The position numbers were made by a program, and so were the translations under genes. The notes below the pieces were generated by a model. The model worked only from the letters and a program-made list of their open reading frames with translations, did not search any database and was not told the origin of the DNA. A stretch of DNA of 64,000 nt, taken from contig JAEZRE010000018.1 in NCBI GenBank assembly GCA_023412915.1, positions 123,127-187,126 on the forward strand, given 5' to 3'. Source of the DNA: Bacillota bacterium (GTDB lineage: Bacteria > Bacillota > Clostridia > Acetivibrionales > DTU013). Numbering within the stretch: position 1 is the stretch's first letter; each line of letters begins with the position of its first letter. Below, in pieces: positions 53,278 to 62,019 of the stretch.

Positions 53278-53383
53278 CAGGCGCGCAGCAGGTCATCGCA
53301 AGATGGAACTTCAAGTGACGCAGAGTGAAGTGCACCCCAAATGTTAGACAAAAAATAACTAACATTTGGAGGTGTACTTTTTT

Positions 53384-53906
53384 ATGGCAAAGTATTTTTA
53401 TGAACAACGTATGAAGGCTGTGTTAGTTGTAACCGAAAAACACATGTCATACGAAGTTGTTGGTAAGCAACTGGGATATTGTAAAACTCATGTAATACGG
53501 TGGGTAAAACGATATGAGAGATTTGGAGCAGATGGGCTGACTTTAAAACGCGGAACCTATACTGGAGAATTCAAACAGAATGTCGTAGAATATATATACA
53601 AAAACCATTTATCGATTTTCGAAACAGCAACGATTTTTGAAATTCCCACTGATGTAATACTGCGAGAAAGGACCAGTGGCGCTTTACAAGAAAGGCCAGG
53701 GTGGTTTGAAAAGTATGTCATCTGATAGACCCAAGAAGCAAAAACCTAATAATGAACAGGAAAAAGCCTTACTAGCTGAAATCGAACAACTTCGCATGGA
53801 GAACGCATACTTAAAAAAATTGAACACCTTAGTTCAGGAAAGAATTGCCCGAGAGAGTGGGAGAAAGCAGCCTCTTGCTTGTCATTCAGATACTAAAATT
53901 AAATAA
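53384..53906 (+). pseudogene. IS3-family transposase orfA, frameshifted
   Basis: HTH part is MAKYFYEQRMKAV..VIRWVKRYERFGADGL. A leucine-zipper part LLAEIEQLRMENAYLKKLNTL lies in another frame (switch near 53660-53690). An A7 run at 53813-53819 is the usual slippery-site position. Confidence 0.75.
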
Positions 53907-54044
53907 TCAAATATTTGAAAGCATGTGATAGTTCATAATGTCAGTTGAATACATGATAAAATCCCCAAAAATGTCCGCACCTCCCGGTAATCAATTTTCG
54001 CCGGCGTTGACAAAAATAAGAAAAAAATTAGGAGAATAACTTAT

Positions 54045-54515
54045 ATGAGTAAAAGAATAGGTATGATTTACAAACTTATGCCACAAGAAATAGAAGGAAT
54101 TTATACATTTGATAAGATAAGTTCTGATGATATACATGGATTATCAGTTTCTATGTTAGAAGCATTTAAGGATACAGCGGACTTCAATGGTGAAACTCTA
54201 GAAGAGTTAAACGAAGAGATTTATAGTGTCGTTGAAAGTACATTTGGCACATTTATTACTGATGCGTCATTTCAAATTAAACAAAATGGGGAAATTGTGG
54301 CTGTAATTCTTATAAGTTTGTATAAAGATAAACCATTTGTTTCAGAATTATTTACTGTTAAGAAATATTTGAAACTAGGTATGGCAAGTAATCTTTTGAA
54401 AAAGAGCATAAATGTATTATTGGAATTAGGGTATAAAGATTTAGTTTTATATGTGCATCCTGAAAATGTTGCTGCTATTAATCTTTATAAAAAAATTGGA
54501 TTTTTAGATTTATAA
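54045..54515 (+). CDS. GNAT-family N-acetyltransferase (passenger gene inside the IS remnant)
   Basis: C-terminal motif-A region FTVKKYLKLGMASNLLKKSINVLLELGYKDLVLYVHPENVAAINLYKKIGF. TAGGAGAA precedes the ATG. Very A+T-rich. Confidence 0.7.
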   Translation: MSKRIGMIYKLMPQEIEGIYTFDKISSDDIHGLSVSMLEAFKDTADFNGETLEELNEEIYSVVESTFGTFITDASFQIKQNGEIVAVILISLYKDKPFVSELFTVKKYLKLGMASNLLKKSINVLLELGYKDLVLYVHPENVAAINLYKKIGFLDL

Positions 54516-54562
54516 CTTTATTTATAATTTTTTAATTGTCAGCAAAAATAAGTTTATTATAA

Positions 54563-54968
54563 GAAATCGCATTATTCAAGATTTGAATATATCCGACAGG
54601 CCATCATTCCATCAGACTATGAATATACTTGATAAAGCGTTTGCCGTCATCCCTGATAATACAAATCTGATTCTCCATTCTGATCAGGGTGGCAATATCA
54701 GATGAAGTATTACCAGTATCGGCTTCAACAAAAGGGAATAAGGCAAAGCATGTTACGTAAAGGAAACTGTCTGGATAATTCAGTTATTGAGAACTTTTTT
54801 GGCCTACTAAAGTCAGAATTGCTTTATTTACATGAGTTTGACTCAATTGATCATTTTCGTAAAGAGCTTGAAGATTACATAGATTACTACAACAATAAGC
54901 GAATTAAGTGCAAACTAAAAGGACTGAGTCCGGTTAATTATCGGATCCAGTCCCTTAGGATTGTTTAA
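54563..54968 (+). pseudogene. IS3-family transposase orfB, 3' part only, frameshifted
   Basis: Reads ..ISDRPSFHQTMNILDKAFAVIPDNTNLILHSDQG, then after a 1-nt loss in a G run WQYQMKYYQYRLQQKGIRQSM.RKGNCLDNSVIENFFGLLKSE..YYNNKRIK. This is the rve DDE core C-terminus. Confidence 0.8.
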
Positions 54969-55029
54969 TTAAAATCGTCTAACTTTTTGGGTTCAGTTCA
55001 CCTTGCGTTTCGGTCTGTGTTTGCCTGTC

Positions 55030-56199
55030 TTACACCACCTGCAGGATGGCGCATTTCAGATATTCCGTCTCGGGAGCCGCAAGCAGAATCGGATGATCCT
55101 TCGCCTGCGAGCGGTATTCGATGAGTCTTATCTTTCTGCGGGAATCGATACCCGCGTTGTAAACAATATCCATGAACATTTCAGGATCGATATGCTGAGA
55201 GCAGGAGCAGGTTACCAGAAAACCGCCGCTGTTCAGTATCTGCATGGCACGTAGGTTTATTTCCTTATATCCCCGCACCGCTCCTTCCACGGAGCTCTTG
55301 TTTTTTGTGAAAGCAGGCGGATCGAGTATGACCGTATCGAAGCGTTCACCGCTTTCGCGGTATTCCCTAAGCCTGTCGAAAACGTTTGCGCTCTCAAACC
55401 GGCAGATGCCCTCGAGCCGGTTCAGTCTTGCATTAGCCGATGCGGTTTCCACGGCGTGTTCCGAAATATCGAGGCCTAGAACGCTCGAGGCGCCGTAGCT
55501 GCCTGCATGCAGCGCAAACGATCCGGTATGGCTGAAGCAGTCCAGTACCTTCGCACCCTTTACGAATGGCCGGATAGCCGCTCTGTTTTCCTTCTGATCA
55601 AGGAAAAAGCCGGTTTTTTGACCTTCGGCCACATCGACTATGAACCTAATACCGTTCTCACGCATTTCAACATCGGTGTCGAATTCGCCTCTCAGAAAGC
55701 CTTTTTTCTCTTCAAGGCCTTCGAGCAGGCGCACGCCTATGTCATTCCTCTCATAAACTCCGCGAGGGTTGATTATTTTGCAGAGCATATCGACGATTTC
55801 CTGCTTATATTTTTCAATACCTAGCGATGAAGTCTGAATTACAAGTATGTCGGAGAATTTATCAACAATAAGGCCTGGCAGGAAGTCCGATTCGGAGAAA
55901 ACCACCCTGCAGCTGTCGAGGTCTGCAACCTTCTTACGATACTCCCACGCGGCCTCCAGCCGCTTGAAAAAGAAATCCGGTCCGATCTGTTCCTGCTCGT
56001 AAGTAAGAATTCTGAGCGTGATCTGAGATTTCGGGTTGTAGAAGCCCCTTGCCAGGAAGCGATTATTACCGGCATATATATCGACGATATCACCGGGCTT
56101 TGCATCGGGCTCTACAGAGGCTATATCGCTCCTGTATATCCAGGGATGCCCGTATTCGACCCGCTTTTCCTTACCTTTGACCAAAACTGCCTTTGCCAT
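55030..56199 (-). CDS. class I SAM-dependent rRNA methyltransferase, RlmI-like (PUA plus MTase)
   Basis: N-terminal GHPWIYRSDI (PUA-like). SAM motif VLDCFSHTGSFALHA and DPPAF. Confidence 0.85.
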   Translation of the reverse strand: MAKAVLVKGKEKRVEYGHPWIYRSDIASVEPDAKPGDIVDIYAGNNRFLARGFYNPKSQITLRILTYEQEQIGPDFFFKRLEAAWEYRKKVADLDSCRVVFSESDFLPGLIVDKFSDILVIQTSSLGIEKYKQEIVDMLCKIINPRGVYERNDIGVRLLEGLEEKKGFLRGEFDTDVEMRENGIRFIVDVAEGQKTGFFLDQKENRAAIRPFVKGAKVLDCFSHTGSFALHAGSYGASSVLGLDISEHAVETASANARLNRLEGICRFESANVFDRLREYRESGERFDTVILDPPAFTKNKSSVEGAVRGYKEINLRAMQILNSGGFLVTCSCSQHIDPEMFMDIVYNAGIDSRRKIRLIEYRSQAKDHPILLAAPETEYLKCAILQVV

Positions 56200-56289
56200 G
56201 TGAATTCTCCTTTCGAGTACATCTCATATTATACCAACGCGTTATTTACAGTCAAGGAAGCAATGGGCGAAACATCGGGATGGTTTTTC

Positions 56290-56496
56290 GAGACGCAGGG
56301 GCGGCTGCAAGGATGCTTGATGATGCGACTTAGCGGCATATGGCAAATGCAAATACAGGCGAGGTAAATCCGCCATGGATGGCGGATTTAGCCAGATACG
56401 GCTGGATGCCGTTAGAGGCGGCCGAGCAATGCGGTGCATGAGCCTTATGCCGCTCGGAGCCATCATCCCGCATCCTTACAGCGGCCCCTGCGTCTC
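56290..56496. repeat. 207-bp imperfect palindrome between ltaS and the rlmI-like gene
   Basis: The left arm GAGACGCAGGGGCGGCTGCAAGGATGC.. pairs with the reverse complement of the right end, GAGACGCAGGGGCCGCTGTAAGGATGC... The arms are alignable for about 60 nt. The centre holds a perfect 12-bp hairpin TAAATCCGCCAT gg ATGGCGGATTTA (56364-56389). The right arm overlaps the ltaS stop codon. Confidence 0.85.
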
Positions 56497-58345
56497 ACTT
56501 TTCATCTTCCTTGAGGTACTTCAGCGCGTCCTTGTGCAGGATCAGGTCGGATATTTTCAGCTCATACTGATATTTTGCTATTTCAGCCTCATACAAGCTC
56601 TTATCCACAGGCCTCCCCTTGCTGTCGTAAACCTTGTCCTCTGTAGACACATAGGTGAAATCCTTTGTTATTACGGAGGAGTTCCTGAGGACCGCGTGGC
56701 CGTTCTCGCTGTTGAATATATCGTGCCCTATTGCGTAAGGAGCTTCAAACCCCATAAGGTTGGCGAGGGTGGGGAGCAGATCGAGCTGTCCGCATACCGT
56801 CCTGTTCACACCCGTAGCTTTCATCCCAGGAAACCGTATAAAGCACGGCACCCTCTGAAATCTGACCCAATTATATTCGCTGAACGTGTAACCGGTGAGG
56901 TCCGAGAAGGATTTATTCTGATCCTTCGGAAAAGCATAATGGTCGCCGTACAGGACAATCACGGAATTATCATAGAGGTCTCTGCGTTTCAGTTCGTAAA
57001 ACAATTCGCCGACGGCTTCATCTACATAATTTGCCGCCTTGACATAATCACCTGACAGTGTGCCCTCGAGACTCCCTGTGTCGAAGCCTTCGCCTGCATT
57101 GAAGAAATTATAGGGGTGATGGCTTGACAGAGTTATCATGAAACTGTATACAGGGCCTGCGACGTCGGACAGCTCGAGTGCCTGGCGGAAGAAGGATTTA
57201 TCGCTGAGCCCCCATCCGAGAAGATCGTCCATCGTGAAATCCCTGCTGCTTATGAATTGGTCGAACCCCAGGGCGCCGTACATCTCCGTCCTGTTCCAGA
57301 AGCTCGGGTAATTGGCATGGAAAACGAACGAAGAATATTTCTTTTTATCAAGCATTCGGCTCAAACTGTCATAGGTGTTGCCGGAAAACCTGAAATAGAC
57401 GGAGGAGTCTCCCAGCGGGTAAAGCGAGGTATTTGTCAGAAATTCCGCATCCGAGGTGTTTCCGGCGCCTGTCTGGCTGTAAAAATTATTGAAATAGACG
57501 CTGTCACGGATGAAACGGTTGAGATTGGGTGTTATTTCCTTCCCGTTGCACTTCGCGTTGATCAGGAATTGTTGGATCGCTTCAAGCTGAATGACGATAA
57601 GGTTTTTTCCGGCCGCGGCTCCTTTGAATTTGATACCCGTATCGCGGTTCGAAGTGAAAAAGCTTTCGAGCTCGGATTTTTCTTCTGCTTGAAGGGTGCG
57701 GTCTTCGAAGTAGTTTTCCTTTATAAACCTGTCGCTATCGTAATAATGGAAGTAGAATATGCCAAGGTTATTTACAACATATTTATTGTCATATGGAAAA
57801 GTCCCCTGCGATGACTTGCCATAAGCAAAGTTCGACAGTGCGTATCCGCATGTGAAAAGCAGAAGCGCCGCGCAGAGCTTGAAAACAGGCTTTATCCTCG
57901 TTACACCGCCCCTGATCCGGAATTTCAGCACAACGATACCTATACACAATATAGGCAGGTCCGCGGCGAAAATCAAATCGCCCGGTTTGAACAAGGACTT
58001 TATGCTGCCTCCTACTGCTCCCAACAGCCTGAGTTGATTCAAAACCGTTACTGTCATAAGGTTTTGGAAATACCGGAAATAGAGCATGTCAGCCAGTAAT
58101 AGCAGACTGACAGCCACATCGGCAAAAATCAGGATATAAAGCCTCCGGCGGTTAAACAGTACAAGTATCGCAGAAGAAACCAAAATGCAGGAAGCAAGCA
58201 GCGATATGTACATGTTTATATTAATACGGCTGAAAAACGGCATTTCACTAATCCCGGACGAGAATTGAAAATGGACGGCCTTAAACATTACACCACAAAT
58301 TGAGGCTATCCATAAAAAAGCTTCTATGACCTTTTTACTGCGCAA
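56495..58345 (-). CDS. ltaS: lipoteichoic acid synthase family protein (LtaS; 5 TM plus sulfatase domain)
   Basis: Five N-terminal TMs, then a sulfatase-fold ectodomain (QLEAIQQFLI, TGAGNTSDAEF, LSSHHPY, VLYGDHY). TTG start. Confidence 0.9.
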   Translation of the reverse strand: MRSKKVIEAFLWIASICGVMFKAVHFQFSSGISEMPFFSRININMYISLLASCILVSSAILVLFNRRRLYILIFADVAVSLLLLADMLYFRYFQNLMTVTVLNQLRLLGAVGGSIKSLFKPGDLIFAADLPILCIGIVVLKFRIRGGVTRIKPVFKLCAALLLFTCGYALSNFAYGKSSQGTFPYDNKYVVNNLGIFYFHYYDSDRFIKENYFEDRTLQAEEKSELESFFTSNRDTGIKFKGAAAGKNLIVIQLEAIQQFLINAKCNGKEITPNLNRFIRDSVYFNNFYSQTGAGNTSDAEFLTNTSLYPLGDSSVYFRFSGNTYDSLSRMLDKKKYSSFVFHANYPSFWNRTEMYGALGFDQFISSRDFTMDDLLGWGLSDKSFFRQALELSDVAGPVYSFMITLSSHHPYNFFNAGEGFDTGSLEGTLSGDYVKAANYVDEAVGELFYELKRRDLYDNSVIVLYGDHYAFPKDQNKSFSDLTGYTFSEYNWVRFQRVPCFIRFPGMKATGVNRTVCGQLDLLPTLANLMGFEAPYAIGHDIFNSENGHAVLRNSSVITKDFTYVSTEDKVYDSKGRPVDKSLYEAEIAKYQYELKISDLILHKDALKYLKEDEK

Positions 58346-58392
58346 AAGCGTACCTGCCTTTTTTGTGTATTATTTTTTACATTATATTAAAG

Positions 58393-58421
58393 TTGATACC
58401 TCATTTTTTGAGTGGTAGAAT
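58393..58421 (+). promoter_or_regulatory. near-consensus sigma-A promoter (extended -10) at the ltaS / truncated murA junction
   Basis: TTGATA, 17-nt spacer ending in TGG, TAGAAT. Confidence 0.55.
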
Positions 58422-59407
58422 TATTAAAGACAAATATGGAAAATGAAAAAGGTTTTGGAGCATATGGCAATAAGGTTATACATCCGGGTGGGTGCGAAAT
58501 AGGCCCCAGACCGATCGACCTGCATCTGAAAGCGCTTCGGAGCATGGGCGCCAAGATCCAGGATGCTCAGCGGGGGTTTATATACTGCGAGGCGGAAAGG
58601 CTTAAAGGCTGCGACATCCAGCTCGATTACCCCAGTGTGGGAGCCACGGAAAACATAATGCTCGCTTCCGTATTTGCCGAGGGCGAGACGATCATCAGAA
58701 ATGCCGCGAAGGAACCGGAGATCCTGGATCTGCAGAATTATCTTCAGGCGACGGGAGTGCAGGTCACCGGAGCCGGAACGAGCGTGATCCGGATACAGGG
58801 TGGAGAACACAAGCTGCGAAGCGCGGAGCATACGATTATTACCGACCGGATAGTGACCGGTACATATATGGCCGCTGCAGGGATCACAGGCGGGGTGTTG
58901 CTTTTGAAGAATGTTATCCCGGAGTATCTGACTTCCATTACAGCCATTTTGCGTGAAAGCGGCTGCAGGGTCAATATCAAGGGAAGTACGATGCTGGTCA
59001 CGGGACCCAGCAGACTCAGGGCCGTTGATATCATAAGGACACTGCCGTATCCCGGGTTTCCGACAGACATGCAGGCTCAGCTCGTGGCAATGCTCACGAT
59101 AGCCAGAGGCACAAGCATAATGGTCGAAACGGTTTTTGAAAACAGGTATAAACATGTCGACGAATTGCTTAGAATGGGAGCGAATATAAAGCTCGAAGGC
59201 CGCCTGGCCGTTATCAAGGGAGTAAAGAAGCTGACGGGTGCAAATGTCTGCGCGCGCGATCTCAGAGGAGGAGCGGCATTGGTGCTGGCAGGTCTTGCCG
59301 CCGAAGGCGAGACTGTTATTTCGGACATAAAGCATATCGACAGGGGTTATGAGTATATAGAAGAGAAACTGAGGCAGTGCGGAGCGTCTATCCAGCGCTT
59401 ACCATGA
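58412..59407 (+). pseudogene. murA: UDP-GlcNAc 1-carboxyvinyltransferase MurA lacking about the first 95-100 codons
   Basis: Homology starts at ..GNKVIHPGGCEIGPRPIDLHLKAL (the catalytic Cys loop, around residue 115 of full-length MurA) and runs to the normal C-terminus. An in-frame TGA lies at 58409. No SD precedes any in-frame start. Confidence 0.75.
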
Positions 59408-59449
59408 CCCAGGCGGGCATACAAAAGATGGATATTCAGGGGGATATTC

Positions 59450-60298
59450 ATGAAATTACGAAGGATTAAGAAAGCAAACGGACCTTCGCTTAAAACAGAA
59501 AAAGGCAAGAAAAGGCGCAGAAAGGCAGTGAGGCTGGTTAGAAATCTTATTGTGACCGCCTTGTTTACTGCGACATTGATTTACGCCGCACTCTCGCCTT
59601 TTTTTAATATCAAGGAAATATCGGTAAACGCTTCGAAGCATTACGACAAGGCTATTCTTGAGGAGGCTTCCGGCGTAAGCACGGGACAGAACGGCTTCAG
59701 GCTTTTATTCGGCGGGGCGGGCAGGTTTTTCCTTTTACATATCGGATCGGCCGAGAAACAGATACTTGAGAAATGCCCATATGTAAAAAGCGCCAGTGTA
59801 AGGTATATACTGCCCTCAAAGGTCATCATCGGGGTTGAGGAGAGGACTCCCGCCGTAATAATCCGGACAAAAACAGCGAGTATTCTGGCCGACAAGGAAG
59901 GATACCTGCTGGAAACCGGCGCGGATCCGAAGAAGCTGAAATTGCCCGTGATCAAAGTCCCGGAGCCCAAAACGCTGATTCTGGGAAAAAAGATCGATAC
60001 ACCCGGGGAAAATCTTATATCCGCCTATGATCTGTTCGATACTATAAGGGAAATGGATGGCGCAAATGAGGACAAGCTGATACCCGTGGTGGATTACGTC
60101 GATGTCAGCGATATGAACAATGTGCGTTTTTCACTGCAGAATCGCGTTACTGTCAATTTGGGGAAATTGGATGATTTGCATTATAAAATTAACACTACCA
60201 GAACTATTTTCTTAAAGAGCCTGAAAAAAACAGACAGGGGAGTGCTGGATTTCTCGATAGATGCAGATCCGGTATTTACCCCGGAAAGCGGAGGTTGA
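59450..60298 (+). CDS. divIB: cell division protein DivIB/FtsQ (TM plus POTRA)
   Basis: Basic N-terminus, single TM LIVTALFTATLIYAAL, POTRA-type IKEISVNASKHYDKAILEEASG. Located upstream of ftsA. Confidence 0.85.
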   Translation: MKLRRIKKANGPSLKTEKGKKRRRKAVRLVRNLIVTALFTATLIYAALSPFFNIKEISVNASKHYDKAILEEASGVSTGQNGFRLLFGGAGRFFLLHIGSAEKQILEKCPYVKSASVRYILPSKVIIGVEERTPAVIIRTKTASILADKEGYLLETGADPKKLKLPVIKVPEPKTLILGKKIDTPGENLISAYDLFDTIREMDGANEDKLIPVVDYVDVSDMNNVRFSLQNRVTVNLGKLDDLHYKINTTRTIFLKSLKKTDRGVLDFSIDADPVFTPESGG

Positions 60299-60304
60299 AC
60301 ATAT

Positions 60305-60655
60305 ATGTTGCCGATTTTAGGAATGATCATAGGGATTTTGATAGGAGTATTTTTAATACCGGTCAATATTCCGCAGCAGTACTCGATCTATATGGCCGTG
60401 GCGATCCTTGCGGCGCTTGATTCCGTATTCGGAGGTATCGCCGCTACGATGCAGCAGAAATTCGACATGAAGGTTTTCATTTCGGGATTTTTCGGGAATG
60501 CCGTTCTGGCGGCTATTCTTGCATACATAGGAGATCAGCTGGGTTTGCAGCTTTACCTTGCGGCAATATTTGCATTTGGAAACAGAATATTTCTAAATTT
60601 CGCAGTTATTCGCAGATATATGTTGAATAAGTCGGCCAAAAAAGATAATATATAG
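60305..60655 (+). CDS. sbp: small basic membrane protein Sbp (DUF1290)
   Basis: LDSVFGGIAA..FISGFFGNAVLAAILAYIGDQLGLQLYLAAIFAFGNRIFLNFAVIRR matches DUF1290. Same position as B. subtilis sbp, before ftsA. Confidence 0.85.
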   Translation: MLPILGMIIGILIGVFLIPVNIPQQYSIYMAVAILAALDSVFGGIAATMQQKFDMKVFISGFFGNAVLAAILAYIGDQLGLQLYLAAIFAFGNRIFLNFAVIRRYMLNKSAKKDNI

Positions 60656-60676
60656 TTTGTAGGGGGTTGCTTCTTT

Positions 60677-61909
60677 GTGGGTGATTTGATTGTTAGCATT
60701 GACATCGGAACTTCCAAGGCCTGTGCGCTTATAGGAAGGATCAATAAGAATTCCCAGCTGGATATTATCGGCAGGGGCATGGCTCCGTGCAGCGGCTTGA
60801 AAAAGGGTGTCATCGTAGACATCGAAAGTACTGCTGCCAGTATTAAAAACGCGCTCGGGGATGCCGAGTCGGCCGCCAATATTCGCGTAGGTTCCGCTTA
60901 CGTCAATATACACGGCATGCATGTCAGTGTTATCAACAACCTAAGCCGGCTCAGTATCAACGGCAGGGAAATTACACAGCGCGACGTCGACGGTATACTG
61001 CATGAAGCCGGTGACATCGAGATACCGGAAGACAGGCAGCTTATCGACGTCATACCCAGACAATACATAATTGACGGTTACGATGAGATAGCAGATCCCG
61101 TAGGCATGGTAGGGACCAGGATGGAAGTCGACGCCGACATACTCGTCGGGAAGATAACTTCTGTTCAGAACATTGTGAAAAGCATGGAACGCGTAGGCAT
61201 CAAGATCGACGGGATAGTTGCCGAGGCTTTTGCCACGGGTGAGATAGGTCTGACCTCGGATGAAAAGGATATAGGCGTAGCAATGCTCGATGTAGGAGGC
61301 AGTGTTACAGACATTTCATTATATATAGGAAAACGTCTTGTTTTTTACGATACTATACCGGTCGGCGGAGACCACATAACGAACGACATAGCGATTGGCC
61401 TGAAGATCTCGAATATGGAGGCTGAAAAGATAAAACGCCAGTTCGAGCTTGCGCTGACCTCGCTTATAAAGAACGATCAGGAAATAAGTGTTCTCGACAT
61501 CAACGAAAATAAAAAGAAAAACGTAAAAGTGTCGGAAGTGGTTGAAATAATCGAAGCCAGGGTTTATGAGATATTCTCGCTTTGCAGGTCGCAGATGGAA
61601 AAGGCAGGCTTCAGGATACCTGAAAACGGGAGCGTCGTTATGACCGGCGCGGGCATCTCTTATGTCGACGGCTGCAGGCAGCTCGCACAGGAGGTTTTCG
61701 AGCTTCCGGTAAGAGTGGTTCAGGCCGGACAGCTGCAGGGAGTTTCCAAACCGGAATTCATCGCGGCGGCAGGAATGATCCGCTATGTTGCCAACATAAG
61801 AAAAGGCGGAAGCACAGCTAATGAAATAAAGCTCAAAAAAACTGCAAACGCGCCAGTTAAAGAGTCTTTCATAGATAAAATTATTTCGTTTATTAAGGAA
61901 ATATTTTGA
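60677..61909 (+). CDS. ftsA: cell division protein FtsA
   Basis: Actin-fold motifs VSIDIGTSK, DVGGSVTD and GGDHITNDIA. GTG start. Immediately upstream of ftsZ. Confidence 0.95.
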   Translation: MGDLIVSIDIGTSKACALIGRINKNSQLDIIGRGMAPCSGLKKGVIVDIESTAASIKNALGDAESAANIRVGSAYVNIHGMHVSVINNLSRLSINGREITQRDVDGILHEAGDIEIPEDRQLIDVIPRQYIIDGYDEIADPVGMVGTRMEVDADILVGKITSVQNIVKSMERVGIKIDGIVAEAFATGEIGLTSDEKDIGVAMLDVGGSVTDISLYIGKRLVFYDTIPVGGDHITNDIAIGLKISNMEAEKIKRQFELALTSLIKNDQEISVLDINENKKKNVKVSEVVEIIEARVYEIFSLCRSQMEKAGFRIPENGSVVMTGAGISYVDGCRQLAQEVFELPVRVVQAGQLQGVSKPEFIAAAGMIRYVANIRKGGSTANEIKLKKTANAPVKESFIDKIISFIKEIF

Positions 61910-62019
61910 ATTTTTCAGGCATTTCAGATAGAATTTTTTATGAAAACTTTGCTTGCTTAAATGTATGGAATAAGATATTATTTAAGTAATGCCAAACCAA
62001 TGACGAAGGGGGATTCAAT

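Larger units (their letters stand above)
53326..55000 (+). mobile_element. decayed IS3-family insertion sequence with its central part replaced by a GNAT gene
   Basis: Terminal inverted repeats TGAAGTGCACCCCAAATGTTAGAC (53326-53349) and the reverse complement of 54977-55000, TGAACTGAACCCAAAAAGTTAGAC (20/24 match). orfA and orfB fragments lie inside. Confidence 0.8.

Noticed and set aside
55003-55254. 83-aa plus-strand ORF starting right after the IS end, and ORFs 56146-56367 and 56375-57055.
   Set aside because: They are antisense to the rlmI-like and ltaS genes or lie within the palindromic spacer, with no motifs or RBS.
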